In this document: one piece after another, positions 48,139-57,423 of the stretch | How the letters are laid out: each line of letters starts with the position of its first letter | Position numbering within the stretch: position 1 is the stretch's first letter | Virus record (IMG/VR): IMGVR_UViG_3300010883_024574 | Location: 22,249 to 86,248 of that record | Source of the DNA: a virus | Strand: one strand, 5' to 3' | DNA length: 64,000 bases | Position numbers and translations under genes: made by a program | The notes under the pieces: generated by a model | What the model saw: only the letters and a program-made list of their open reading frames with translations | Told to the model about the DNA's origin: nothing | The model's database searches: none

Positions 48139-48171
48139 ATATAATTTATAAAATAAAGTATTGAGGTTTTA

Positions 48172-51100
48172 ATGACAAAGGGTCCATTCGTATCGCTGCA
48201 TAACCACACTGAACTAGGCAGCCCTTTAGACGGTATGAACAATACCTATGACTTGTTCCGTAGGGCTAAGGAAGTTGACCATCCGGCTGTAGCTGTGACG
48301 GACCACGGCACTCTAACTGCCCTTTATGACGCCTGGAAGGCCAGTCAAGAGACTGGCGTAAAGTTGATACCTGGAATGGAGGCTTATTTTGCAGATGATT
48401 TATCTAGCAAGAAATCATATCACCTGGTCCTTTTGGCAAAGAATGAAATAGGATATAAAAATATCCTTAAGTTAAATTACCTTTCATATCAAAATCAAGT
48501 TTCTGGATACATGGGCAAGCAAACTCCCAGGATTTCCTGGGAACATATCGAAGAGCATAACGAGGGCGTATTTGCCCTTACTGCATGCTGCAATGGTTTG
48601 ATCGCCAAAACATTGATAACAGACGAAGATGAAGAAAAGGCATTAAGCCATATAGGCAGATTGCATCATATCTTTAAAGATCGTTTCTTTTTAGAGTTGC
48701 AGCCTCATTCTTTATATGATGTTGGAAAAAATGGAAAAGAAGTCAATCAGCAAAAATTGAATGATTCATTATTAAGAATATCTAATGATTTTGAAATTCC
48801 ATATGTAATAACTTGTGATGCTCACTATCGAGATAGAGAGCATGCAAGGTATCATGATTTCATGTTGGCAATAAAAGATAAAAAGGCTGTAGATGATCCG
48901 GACAGGTTTCGTTATGGCGTTCAAGATATGTACCTAAAAACACATGAGGAAATAGTTGATTTCTTCGGCCCGAAGGTCGCTTCTATAGGTATGCAGAATT
49001 CTATAAAAATTATGGAAGATTGTGAGGAGCCCTCTTATATTAAGCCGAAAGGAGTTATGCTTCCTTCTTTTGCCGTATCTGATGAGCCAGATTATAAAGA
49101 ATTTTCAGAATGGAAAAACAAGGTTGGATCTACTATTCCAGAAGATAGGGCCTATCTTAGATACAAGTGCATAAAGGGGTTTCAAGATAAGCTGGATGGT
49201 TTGGACAAAGATGATAAAGAGGAGTATTGGGACAGAGTAAAGGCGGAGTTATCGGTTTTGGAGGAAAAGAATTTCTCCTCCTACATGTTAATTGTTGCAG
49301 ATTATGTTAATTGGGCGAAAGAAATAATGCCTGTTGGCCCTGCGCGAGGTTCTGCAGCAGGATCATTGGTAGCCTATTTGACTGGAATAACCAATGTAGA
49401 TCCAATGGAATATGATTTGATTTTTGAAAGATTTCATAATAATAAAAAGAAGTCTTTTCCAGATATTGATTCTGATTTTTCTGACCCAGGCCTTGTTAAA
49501 GAGTATATAAAAAACAAATATGGATCAGATCGTGTTGCCTCTATATCAAACTGGAGCACGTTATCTCCTCGCGTTGTTATAAAGGATGTTGCTAGAAGCC
49601 TGAGGCTTGGTGGGGATAAATCTTCTGCTTTTAAAATTGCAAACGCAATAACTGCAATTATGCCTGATGCCCCCACTTTGGGTGCGGCCATGAAAGAGAG
49701 CGGTCAGCTTGTTGCATATATGAAGCAATATCCAGAATTATACGAATACGCCTCTAAGCTTCAAAACCTTACAAGAAACTGGTCTTTGCATGCTGCCGGA
49801 ATAGTTATCGGTGAGGGCCCGTTGTGTGACACTGTGCCATTAAGGATCGACAAAGAAGGGCATGTTATAACCCAATGGGAAAAAACAAGGTGTGAAGAAA
49901 ACGGTCTTATAAAGATGGATTTATTAGGTCTTAAAACTTTAACTGTTATAGATGATTCTTTTAAGCTTATAAAAGAAACCACCGGTAAAAGCCTAACTGT
50001 AGACGACATAGACATGAAAGATCAAAAGGTCTACGCTATGATAGGTCGAGGAAAAACTGTAGGACTATTTCAGCTTGAGTCTTCTTTAACGCCATTCTGC
50101 ATCAGGCTTAAGCCGAAAAGCATAGAGGACATATCTGCAATAAACGCTATTGGAAGGCCGTCGTGCAAGCCTAGCGAGAGAAGAAGGTATGCCAAGAGAA
50201 GGCTTGGATTAGAGCCTGCTTCGTATGAGCATCCGAGCATTAAGCGTGCTTTGGAAAAAACTTATGGTGTTTTGGTCTATGAAGAACAGGCTATGATTAT
50301 TGCTCAAGATTGTGCTGGATGGGATTTGAATCAGGCAGATGCATTGAGAAAAATTAGTAAGTTAAAGGGCAAGGATCCAAAGCTTGTTCTGCGTACCGAG
50401 ACAAACTTTGTAAAGGATTGCATGAGCTATACGGGTATGGATTACGACGTTGCGTGCAAAATATGGAAGACCTATATAGAGCCTTTGGGTGGATATGCCT
50501 TTAACAAATCGCACTCTATTTCTTATTCAATTATATCTTTTTATACTGCGTGGCTAAGGTGTCACTATCCTTCTGAGTTTATGTGTGCGTTGATAAATTC
50601 AGAAGATCCAAATAGCGATAAAACACAGGAGTATCTTGACGAATGTAGAAAGATGGGCATTGAAGTTCTTGCGCCAGATGTAAACTATAGCTCTGGCAGA
50701 TATACCATTTTAGAAGACGGCAATATCTCTACCGGCACTTCTGCAGTAAAAGGCATAGGAGATAAGGCTATCTTCTCTATGGTAGAGAATCAGCCTTATA
50801 AAAGTTTTCCAGACTTTTTAATCCGGAATGACAGCAGGACCGTGGGAAAAACTGTTATTCAGTCTTTGGCAAAAGCTGGTGCGTTAGACTGCTTTGAAAG
50901 AACAAGAAAAGATATGCACGATAACTATCAAAAATATAGATCAAAAGGAAAAACCGCAATAAAAAAAGCTATTGAATCAAAAATTTTTGCAGCAAATCCA
51001 AATTTAAAAAAGATTTCAAAAGAACGCAAAGATGAATTCTTCGAAAGACACTCTATCCCAAAAAATTCTGATGAATTTCGTAAAATAATGGAAGAATTAG

Positions 51101-51543
51101 AGTTTGGAGAATCAGAGGATACTTGGGACAGGAAAGAGGTACTATTATTTGAGAAGGAAGTTCTCGGAAGATCTTTAAGCGGAAATTTACATGAAGTCTT
51201 TAAAGACTTCTTCTCCGGAGGTTCTACAGTAACTCCCCTTTCTAAGATAAGTTCTTTAAATAGTGGAGAAAGAGTCCGGGTCGAAGCTATAATAAAAACA
51301 AAGATAAAAGAATTTAAAATTAAAAATGGAAAGAATATAGGGAAAAAGTTTGCCAAATATCTTATAGAAGATATAAATGGCGACACTTGCGGCCTCACGC
51401 TCTGGGCGGAAGATTATGAGAAATATAGACTAATGTTGAAAGATGGTCTTCCAATTAAGGCTATATGCAAGGTAAATAGTTATTTGGATCAAAAAGATTT
51501 AGCGCTTTCCACGCTTGATAAAATATACGGGAGAGATATATGA
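48172..51543 (+). CDS. dnaE: DNA polymerase III alpha subunit
   Basis: PHP motifs HNHT/TDHG/DAHY; GPARGSAAGS, PDIDSDF, HAAG, KMDLLGL and YAFNKSHS; C-terminal OB fold. Confidence 0.97.
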   Translation: MTKGPFVSLHNHTELGSPLDGMNNTYDLFRRAKEVDHPAVAVTDHGTLTALYDAWKASQETGVKLIPGMEAYFADDLSSKKSYHLVLLAKNEIGYKNILKLNYLSYQNQVSGYMGKQTPRISWEHIEEHNEGVFALTACCNGLIAKTLITDEDEEKALSHIGRLHHIFKDRFFLELQPHSLYDVGKNGKEVNQQKLNDSLLRISNDFEIPYVITCDAHYRDREHARYHDFMLAIKDKKAVDDPDRFRYGVQDMYLKTHEEIVDFFGPKVASIGMQNSIKIMEDCEEPSYIKPKGVMLPSFAVSDEPDYKEFSEWKNKVGSTIPEDRAYLRYKCIKGFQDKLDGLDKDDKEEYWDRVKAELSVLEEKNFSSYMLIVADYVNWAKEIMPVGPARGSAAGSLVAYLTGITNVDPMEYDLIFERFHNNKKKSFPDIDSDFSDPGLVKEYIKNKYGSDRVASISNWSTLSPRVVIKDVARSLRLGGDKSSAFKIANAITAIMPDAPTLGAAMKESGQLVAYMKQYPELYEYASKLQNLTRNWSLHAAGIVIGEGPLCDTVPLRIDKEGHVITQWEKTRCEENGLIKMDLLGLKTLTVIDDSFKLIKETTGKSLTVDDIDMKDQKVYAMIGRGKTVGLFQLESSLTPFCIRLKPKSIEDISAINAIGRPSCKPSERRRYAKRRLGLEPASYEHPSIKRALEKTYGVLVYEEQAMIIAQDCAGWDLNQADALRKISKLKGKDPKLVLRTETNFVKDCMSYTGMDYDVACKIWKTYIEPLGGYAFNKSHSISYSIISFYTAWLRCHYPSEFMCALINSEDPNSDKTQEYLDECRKMGIEVLAPDVNYSSGRYTILEDGNISTGTSAVKGIGDKAIFSMVENQPYKSFPDFLIRNDSRTVGKTVIQSLAKAGALDCFERTRKDMHDNYQKYRSKGKTAIKKAIESKIFAANPNLKKISKERKDEFFERHSIPKNSDEFRKIMEELEFGESEDTWDRKEVLLFEKEVLGRSLSGNLHEVFKDFFSGGSTVTPLSKISSLNSGERVRVEAIIKTKIKEFKIKNGKNIGKKFAKYLIEDINGDTCGLTLWAEDYEKYRLMLKDGLPIKAICKVNSYLDQKDLALSTLDKIYGRDI

Positions 51544-52046
51544 TTGTTTGTAAAAATTGTGAATTTAATGTCGATAATTCGATGAGGCATTCTTTGGTGA
51601 AAAATTGTTGCCCGTGTTGTGGCTCGGCTCTTTTGGGCGATCTTCACACACGAAGGCTTGGGCTTATGAAGCAAAGGATATTAGAACAGGAGTTTTCTCA
51701 GCAGTTAAATAATGATTTAATTTTTGATATATCATTATTTATGATGTCAGAGTTCTTTCCTGTAAATATAGATGTTGTGAATAATGACGAAGAGGTTGTA
51801 GACGAAGAGGTTGTAGACGAAGAAGTTGTAGACGAAGAAGTTGTAGACGAAGAAGTTGTAGACGAAGAAGTTGTAGACGAAGATTATGACAGCATCAGAG
51901 AGGAAATTAGAAGTGAGGCACTCACGAAGATAGATGGTTTTCCAGAGGATTCTGATGCTGATTTGAAAGTTGCTAGATTAAAAAGAATTGCGAAAGAGTC
52001 TAAACCGAGAGCACCAGGCCCACTGGTCAGGAGGGTCTCGGATTGA
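51540..52046 (+). CDS. Zn-ribbon protein with acidic DEEVV repeats
   Basis: CKNC...CCPCC and (DEEVV)x6. Confidence 0.7.
   Translation: MIVCKNCEFNVDNSMRHSLVKNCCPCCGSALLGDLHTRRLGLMKQRILEQEFSQQLNNDLIFDISLFMMSEFFPVNIDVVNNDEEVVDEEVVDEEVVDEEVVDEEVVDEEVVDEDYDSIREEIRSEALTKIDGFPEDSDADLKVARLKRIAKESKPRAPGPLVRRVSD
51786..51883 (+). repeat. 15-bp tandem repeat, 6 full units plus a partial
   Basis: GACGAAGARGTTGTA units read directly. Confidence 0.95.
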
Positions 52047-52378
52047 TACGGGCAGTTGGAAATAAGCGTCTTGAGCTAAGCGATAGTGAGTTCGAATACT
52101 GCCAAACTTTAAGAGAACAGTTCGGATCCTCTAGTTTTATTGGCTTGTTCGAAACAGATAAGAACGGAATAATAACTTTTGTTAATCCGCCAGTTAATAA
52201 AAATGTTCCTCTCGGTGTTATTTTCTTTTTGCTTAATGTTATGATGAATCAGAGAATAAGGGTGTTGGACGGCAAGATAAATAAAGTTTTGGATTTAGAA
52301 ATAATAGTTGACAAATTTCTAAGTGTGAATAATATTATTGAGCGGATAGAAAAATTAGAGCAAAATTCGGAAGAATAG
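52043..52378 (+). CDS. hypothetical protein
   Basis: 111 aa; TTG start overlapping the previous stop. Confidence 0.65.
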   Translation: MIRAVGNKRLELSDSEFEYCQTLREQFGSSSFIGLFETDKNGIITFVNPPVNKNVPLGVIFFLLNVMMNQRIRVLDGKINKVLDLEIIVDKFLSVNNIIERIEKLEQNSEE

Positions 52379-52391
52379 CTTGGGAGGAAAA

Positions 52392-52949
52392 ATGTCAAAG
52401 CTTCATGAAAAAATTTCAATAAATACGTTCTCTATAGAAGATATTGATATTTCAGGTATAGATAAAATTGTTTCTTCGCTACCAGTTAATGGTATTGTAG
52501 ATGTTAATATTGCAGAACAATGTCTCATATTGACCCTAGAGGGGCAGAATGCTTGCCAAGAAAAAGCAGTCCAGGTTGATAGGTGGATTGGAAATTTAGA
52601 TTCAAAAAAGAATAAAGCCTGGTCTTTAGCGGCTCTTCACAAGGCTAAAGAGGCTGGCTTTAAAACAGTAAAAGATAAAGAGTGGCACGCTCAAGCTGAT
52701 GATGACTATATTGATGTATGCAATGAGCTGACTATGGCTAAGGCGTGCAAGAAGTGGTTAGAGAATAAAGCGGGATATTTTTCCAGCTGGCATTATGCTC
52801 TAAAAACATTTCTGCGTAGAGATTATTCTATTGAAAACGCAAGTAGCGTTGGGTATAATAGTGGTGTTGATGAACGTCAGCCGTTCCCTACGAAATCAAA
52901 TGACTCAAGCGACTTCGGTGGCGATATTGAGGAAATTGAGTGGGGTTGA
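52392..52949 (+). CDS. UvsY-like recombination mediator (putative)
   Basis: Helical KTVKDKEWHAQADDDY...KKWLENK...HYALK pattern; adjacent to SSB and near RecA; GGAGG RBS. Confidence 0.5.
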   Translation: MSKLHEKISINTFSIEDIDISGIDKIVSSLPVNGIVDVNIAEQCLILTLEGQNACQEKAVQVDRWIGNLDSKKNKAWSLAALHKAKEAGFKTVKDKEWHAQADDDYIDVCNELTMAKACKKWLENKAGYFSSWHYALKTFLRRDYSIENASSVGYNSGVDERQPFPTKSNDSSDFGGDIEEIEWG

Positions 52950-52961
52950 TTCTTAATAAAC

Positions 52962-53020
52962 TTGGCAACAATCCGCAATGAAGCGGTTAGGCCACAAACG
53001 TGACAATGTCACACGAAGGA
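52962..53020 (+). promoter_or_regulatory. structured 5' leader of the SSB gene
   Basis: TGGC..CCGC/GCGG..GCCA nested stems and a GTGAC-AAT-GTCAC hairpin abutting the GAAGGAG RBS. Confidence 0.45.
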
Positions 53021-53027
53021 GATAGAG

Positions 53028-53639
53028 ATGACAGATATGGTATTTGGTGAAGTTGATTGGAACGCTGCAGACTCAGGAACTAAGTCTGATTTCTTGCGAT
53101 TAGAAGAAGGCGAGAATACAGTTCGTGTTATGGGCAATCCTGTCCAGTTTTACATCCATTGGGTCGTGACCCCCGATGGGTCTAGGCGCAAGGTGAACAG
53201 CCCTGTGGACCATCCTGAGCTTGTGCGCAGGCTTGAGGACTCTGGGTTCCGTCGCCAACCGCGATGGCTCATAAAGGTCCTGGATCGTTCGGATGACGAG
53301 TTCCGAATCCTTGAGGTCGGCCCACAGATCTATAATGGAGTGAAGGCTCTTTTTAATAATAGTCGGTGGGGAAAGGTTACTGCTTATGATCTAACTATAG
53401 GCAAGGGGCCAAAGGGCTCTCAGCCATTGTACAGTGTTACCCCTAATCCTAAGGAGCCCTTGTCTTCGGACTTCAAGACGAGATTTGTTGACTTCAACGA
53501 CAGAGTAAATGTTGAAAAGTTAATTTCTCCGTCAAGTGCGAGTGATGTTCAGGAGGTTATGGGGTGGAGCGAAAGCGATACTGTCTCGACCGCTACAGAA
53601 ACAGCGACAGATGATGACTTTGATTTTGATTTTGAATAA
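53028..53639 (+). CDS. single-stranded DNA-binding protein (gp32-like)
   Basis: FLRLEEGENTVRV, HW, RILEVGPQIY and YDLTI motifs; acidic aromatic tail DDDFDFDFE. Confidence 0.75.
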   Translation: MTDMVFGEVDWNAADSGTKSDFLRLEEGENTVRVMGNPVQFYIHWVVTPDGSRRKVNSPVDHPELVRRLEDSGFRRQPRWLIKVLDRSDDEFRILEVGPQIYNGVKALFNNSRWGKVTAYDLTIGKGPKGSQPLYSVTPNPKEPLSSDFKTRFVDFNDRVNVEKLISPSSASDVQEVMGWSESDTVSTATETATDDDFDFDFE

Positions 53640-53657
53640 ATTTCTGTAAGATATTTT

Positions 53658-53692
53658 AAGGCGCATAGAGTAATATCTCTATGCGCCTTTTT
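53658..53692 (+). terminator. Rho-independent terminator directly upstream of the RuvC-like start
   Basis: 13-bp perfect stem AAGGCGCATAGAG/CTCTATGCGCCTT plus TTT. Confidence 0.85.
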
Positions 53693-53695
53693 ATC

Positions 53696-54238
53696 ATGAA
53701 AACAATACTAGGATTAGACATATCATCAAGCACCATTGGCTGGGCAATACTCGAATATAATAATGACAAAGTTGATTTAAAAGAGTATGGAAATATAAAG
53801 CCTCCAAAAAGCAACAAAGGCTCTTTAACTTTTAGGGCCAGTGCTGCTTATGATGAGGTTTATGATTTTCTTATAAAGAAAAACCCCGACGCCATAGCTA
53901 TAGAGGCTTACGCAAATAAGTTTCCAGCAGGCCGCAGTACTGCTAGGACAATAATTGTTTTATCTGTTTTTAATGAATTGGTATCAATGGCCTGTCTTAA
54001 AAGCCTAGGGCAGGAGCCGAGCAGGTATGCGGTTGTAACCGTAAGGTCTATGCTCTCAAAGCATGCTGGATATAGAATTTCCTCAAAAGAAGATTGTTTT
54101 GAGTTTATAAAAAAAGACTTTATTTCTTTTAGTTCAAGAACTAATAGAAATGGTAAAATAGCTAAAGAATGCTTTGACGAAGCAGACGCAATTGCTGTCG
54201 CATTAACATATATTCTAAAGGAAAAAGATAATGGCTAA
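53696..54238 (+). CDS. RuvC-like Holliday junction resolvase
   Basis: ILGLDISSSTIGWA, IAIE, SKED and DEADAIAVA motifs. Confidence 0.85.
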   Translation: MKTILGLDISSSTIGWAILEYNNDKVDLKEYGNIKPPKSNKGSLTFRASAAYDEVYDFLIKKNPDAIAIEAYANKFPAGRSTARTIIVLSVFNELVSMACLKSLGQEPSRYAVVTVRSMLSKHAGYRISSKEDCFEFIKKDFISFSSRTNRNGKIAKECFDEADAIAVALTYILKEKDNG

Positions 54239-55886
54239 AGATTTAACATACAATAGAGAAGCTAGGTCTGTACTTTTGTCTGGTGCGGAGAAGCTGGCAA
54301 AGACAGTTGGGGTCACAATGGGGCCTCAAGGAAAGCACGTTATTTTGGGAAAGTTTACGGGCGCTCCAATTCTGACGAAAGATGGAGTAACAGTAGCTAG
54401 GGAGGTTACCCTTCCTCATCCTATAGAGGACTTAGCTTGCGAGCTTATAAAGGAAGCTGCGGGCAGAACGGCGGCTGTAGCGGGAGACGGAACGACAACG
54501 GCTACAGTCTTAGCTCATGAAATCTTTAAAAGAGGAAATGATTTAATAAATGAGAATTATAGTCCGCTTTACTTAAAAAGAGGAATTGAATGGGCTGTAG
54601 ATAGAGTTATTGATAATTTAAGCGGAATGGCAACAGAAATAGATGGATTTAAATCTCTTGAGAATATTGCAACAATTTCTGCAAACAATGATAGCGCCAT
54701 TGGAAGCAAGATAGCAGAGGCTTTTGATGCCATAGGATTAGAGGGGGCTGTGGCGGCAGAGGCCTGCCCTGGATCAGAAACATCTGTTAGGTTTGTAGAC
54801 GGAGTAGAGTTGAGAAGCGGGTATGTAACCCCCGCCTTTTTAACGGAAGACGGGCAATCAGATATCATTATTGATAATTGCAATATTCTGATATGTAATG
54901 ATGAAATAACATCTTTATCTTCTTGTCTTAGTTTATTTAATGAATTGTCGAACAAAAATCAACCTATATTAATTTTAGCAAAAGCAGTTAAACAAGAGGC
55001 TTTAGCAACATTGGTTACCAATAATAACCTAGGAAGACTCAAGGTTGTTGCGGTTAACATACCGAACCTTAGTATGGCCGCAGGAAGCCAGGATGAATGG
55101 CTTGAGGCTCTTTCTGTGCTGGTTGGAACGAGGGTCTTCGGAAAGGAGGCCGGGGCCCCCTTGATGAACGCAGGAGCGCAGGACTTGGGCTTTGCGAGAA
55201 AGGTCGTTGTAAATCGATTTTTAACAAAAATCTTTGAAGGAAGAAAGGACGAAGCACGCCTGGAAGAAAAGCTGGCCTTATACAAGAAAGATATGGATAC
55301 CCTTATTGGTGATTCGGCAAGGCTAGATGTAAGAAGCAGGATTGCATTTTTGAGAAACAAAGCTGCTATAATAACAGTAGGATACTCTACAGAACTTGAG
55401 CTTAGAGAGAAGGGGGATAGGGTTGATGATGCTATTTGCGCGACCCGAGCAGCAATAGAAGAGGGCTTTATTCCCGGAGGAGGAATATCGTTGCTTAAGG
55501 CTGCAGAAAAAGTTGATTTATCAGAGTTAGATAAAGAACTGGTTCCGGCAGCAAAGGTGCTCTTGGCCGCGTGTGCGCGTCCAATCACGCAGATTGTTGA
55601 AAATGCTTTTGAGGATTCTGGTAAAATAATAAAGAGGGTTTTAAACTCAAAAAATATAAATTTTGGTTATAATGCTGCAAATGGAAAATTTGAAGATTTA
55701 GTTAAAGCTGGAGTTATTGATCCAATGAAAGTCACAAGAACGGCGTTGCAAAATGCCGCCAGTATTTCGTTATTATTAATAAATACGGAAGCAATCGTGT
55801 CAGAACAGGCGGATAATCCGTCTAGCTGGCAACCACCTGTCGGCTGGCGGCCGCCAAGTGATGGTGGATTAGAACACAAATATTAA
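54231..55886 (+). CDS. groEL: chaperonin GroEL, second paralogue
   Basis: TMGPQG, TKDGVTVA, GDGTTTATVLA, IATISAN, RVDDA, PGGG and DPMKVTRTALQNAAS motifs. Confidence 0.96.
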   Translation: MAKDLTYNREARSVLLSGAEKLAKTVGVTMGPQGKHVILGKFTGAPILTKDGVTVAREVTLPHPIEDLACELIKEAAGRTAAVAGDGTTTATVLAHEIFKRGNDLINENYSPLYLKRGIEWAVDRVIDNLSGMATEIDGFKSLENIATISANNDSAIGSKIAEAFDAIGLEGAVAAEACPGSETSVRFVDGVELRSGYVTPAFLTEDGQSDIIIDNCNILICNDEITSLSSCLSLFNELSNKNQPILILAKAVKQEALATLVTNNNLGRLKVVAVNIPNLSMAAGSQDEWLEALSVLVGTRVFGKEAGAPLMNAGAQDLGFARKVVVNRFLTKIFEGRKDEARLEEKLALYKKDMDTLIGDSARLDVRSRIAFLRNKAAIITVGYSTELELREKGDRVDDAICATRAAIEEGFIPGGGISLLKAAEKVDLSELDKELVPAAKVLLAACARPITQIVENAFEDSGKIIKRVLNSKNINFGYNAANGKFEDLVKAGVIDPMKVTRTALQNAASISLLLINTEAIVSEQADNPSSWQPPVGWRPPSDGGLEHKY

Positions 55887-55897
55887 AGGGATTGAGC

Positions 55898-57058
55898 ATG
55901 TCGAAAAGAATATCAGCAACTGAGGCTGAAAAAGAAGTTCTAAAATTCTTTGGAGAAGATACCATCTTCTTTGATGGAAATATATCTACAAAATATGACG
56001 CAGTAAGCACTGGCAGTCCAAAGCTGGACGAGGCTATAGGGATAGGCGGCGTCCCCATGGGCAGGATAACTCAGCTTGCAGGAAAGGAGAGTTCTGGTAA
56101 AACAATGCTAGCGCTGTCTTGCATAAAGAATTATTTAAATGAAAACCCTGATAATACAGCTCTCTTTATTGACGCAGAATATACTTATGATCCCGAATGG
56201 GCTAAGAGTCAGGGCATTGATATATCTAGAGTTATGGTTATAAAGACCAATGATGCAAAGGTTATATTTCAAGGACTCATTGGAATAACCAGTGTAAATT
56301 CAAATACTAAAAAAGTTTCAAAGAAAATGAAGGGCATATTAGACCATGTAATTGAAGGTGTAGATCCAAGGTTCAAAAACTTAGGGATAATAGTCCTTGA
56401 CTCTATAGCTGTACTAAATACTCCATTGGAGATTGCTGCAGATATAGGCAAGGCAAATATGGCCCCAATCCCAAGATTCCTATCTACAGAGCTGAAGAAG
56501 CTTACTCCGGTTGTTGCTCAAGCAAATGTTGCTTTTATTGGCATAAATCAAGTTCGTGTAAACTTAGGTCAAATGTTTGGCGACCCGACCACCTCTCCGG
56601 GAGGGAAGGCTCTCAAACATGCGTGTAGCTTGATGATAAATATGGCGCCTGTTTTTGGAGCAGACTCTGTAATAAAGAATGATTCAGGAGAGAGAGTTGG
56701 ACATATTGTTAGAGCAAAGATTCAAAAGAATAAAGTTGGAGCGCCTTTTCGTCAGGCAGAGTATAAGGTAGAGTATGTAAAGGGCATCGTAAATACAGAA
56801 GAAGAGGTGTTTGATCTGGCTGTAAAGTATGATCTTATAGAAAGACCTAATAGTCAAAGCTATATTGTAGATGGAGATAAGATAAGGGGGCGAGATAGCG
56901 CCGTAAAGGCCTTCTCAAGCAACCCGTCAGCAGCAGCGGCCTATGATCAAGAAATTAGAGATATATATCTAGGAAGTGAGGGCGTTACCACTGCCAATGC
57001 AAAGGCGGAAGAGGTGCATAATCCATTAATAGAGGCTATAGAGCAGGAGACAGTATGA
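55898..57058 (+). CDS. recA: recombinase RecA
   Basis: STGSPKLD, GGVPMGRI, GKESSGKT, FIDAE, LDSIA, INQVR, PGGKALK and KNKVGAPF motifs. Confidence 0.95.
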   Translation: MSKRISATEAEKEVLKFFGEDTIFFDGNISTKYDAVSTGSPKLDEAIGIGGVPMGRITQLAGKESSGKTMLALSCIKNYLNENPDNTALFIDAEYTYDPEWAKSQGIDISRVMVIKTNDAKVIFQGLIGITSVNSNTKKVSKKMKGILDHVIEGVDPRFKNLGIIVLDSIAVLNTPLEIAADIGKANMAPIPRFLSTELKKLTPVVAQANVAFIGINQVRVNLGQMFGDPTTSPGGKALKHACSLMINMAPVFGADSVIKNDSGERVGHIVRAKIQKNKVGAPFRQAEYKVEYVKGIVNTEEEVFDLAVKYDLIERPNSQSYIVDGDKIRGRDSAVKAFSSNPSAAAAYDQEIRDIYLGSEGVTTANAKAEEVHNPLIEAIEQETV

Positions 57059-57423
57059 TTGTAATATGCAATCCGAAGTGCAAAAAAAGTGATGGATTTA
57101 CAGATGCGTCTTTAGACATAGACGCAGATGATGTAATATGTAATGAATGTGGAGAGGTGCTAACAGGTGTATCTTCTTATTCCAAACTATCCATGAAGGC
57201 TAATGGAGATATCATAAGGTCAAAAAATAGAAAAGCATTCATGTTTCCATGTCAAGTTTGTGAAAATAATGTCGAAGCACAATTTTTAAACGGAGTCTTG
57301 GTCGGAAAGGAGTGTGTAAATAATCAAATTGGTTGCAAAATAAACGTAACTAAACATATGATTGTAGCAATCGAGGAAACACAGAAGAAGTTAGAAAAGG
57401 TAGAGATCGATGAATCAGAGTGA
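57055..57423 (+). CDS. Cys-rich zinc-binding protein
   Basis: CNPKC, CNEC, CQVC and two further Cys; overlaps the primase-core start. Confidence 0.65.
   Translation: MIVICNPKCKKSDGFTDASLDIDADDVICNECGEVLTGVSSYSKLSMKANGDIIRSKNRKAFMFPCQVCENNVEAQFLNGVLVGKECVNNQIGCKINVTKHMIVAIEETQKKLEKVEIDESE

Noticed and set aside
48172-57058. Inteins or introns in dnaE or recA
   Set aside because: Lengths are normal, and no intein splice-junction motifs or frame breaks were seen. The RecA insertion is only about 20 aa.
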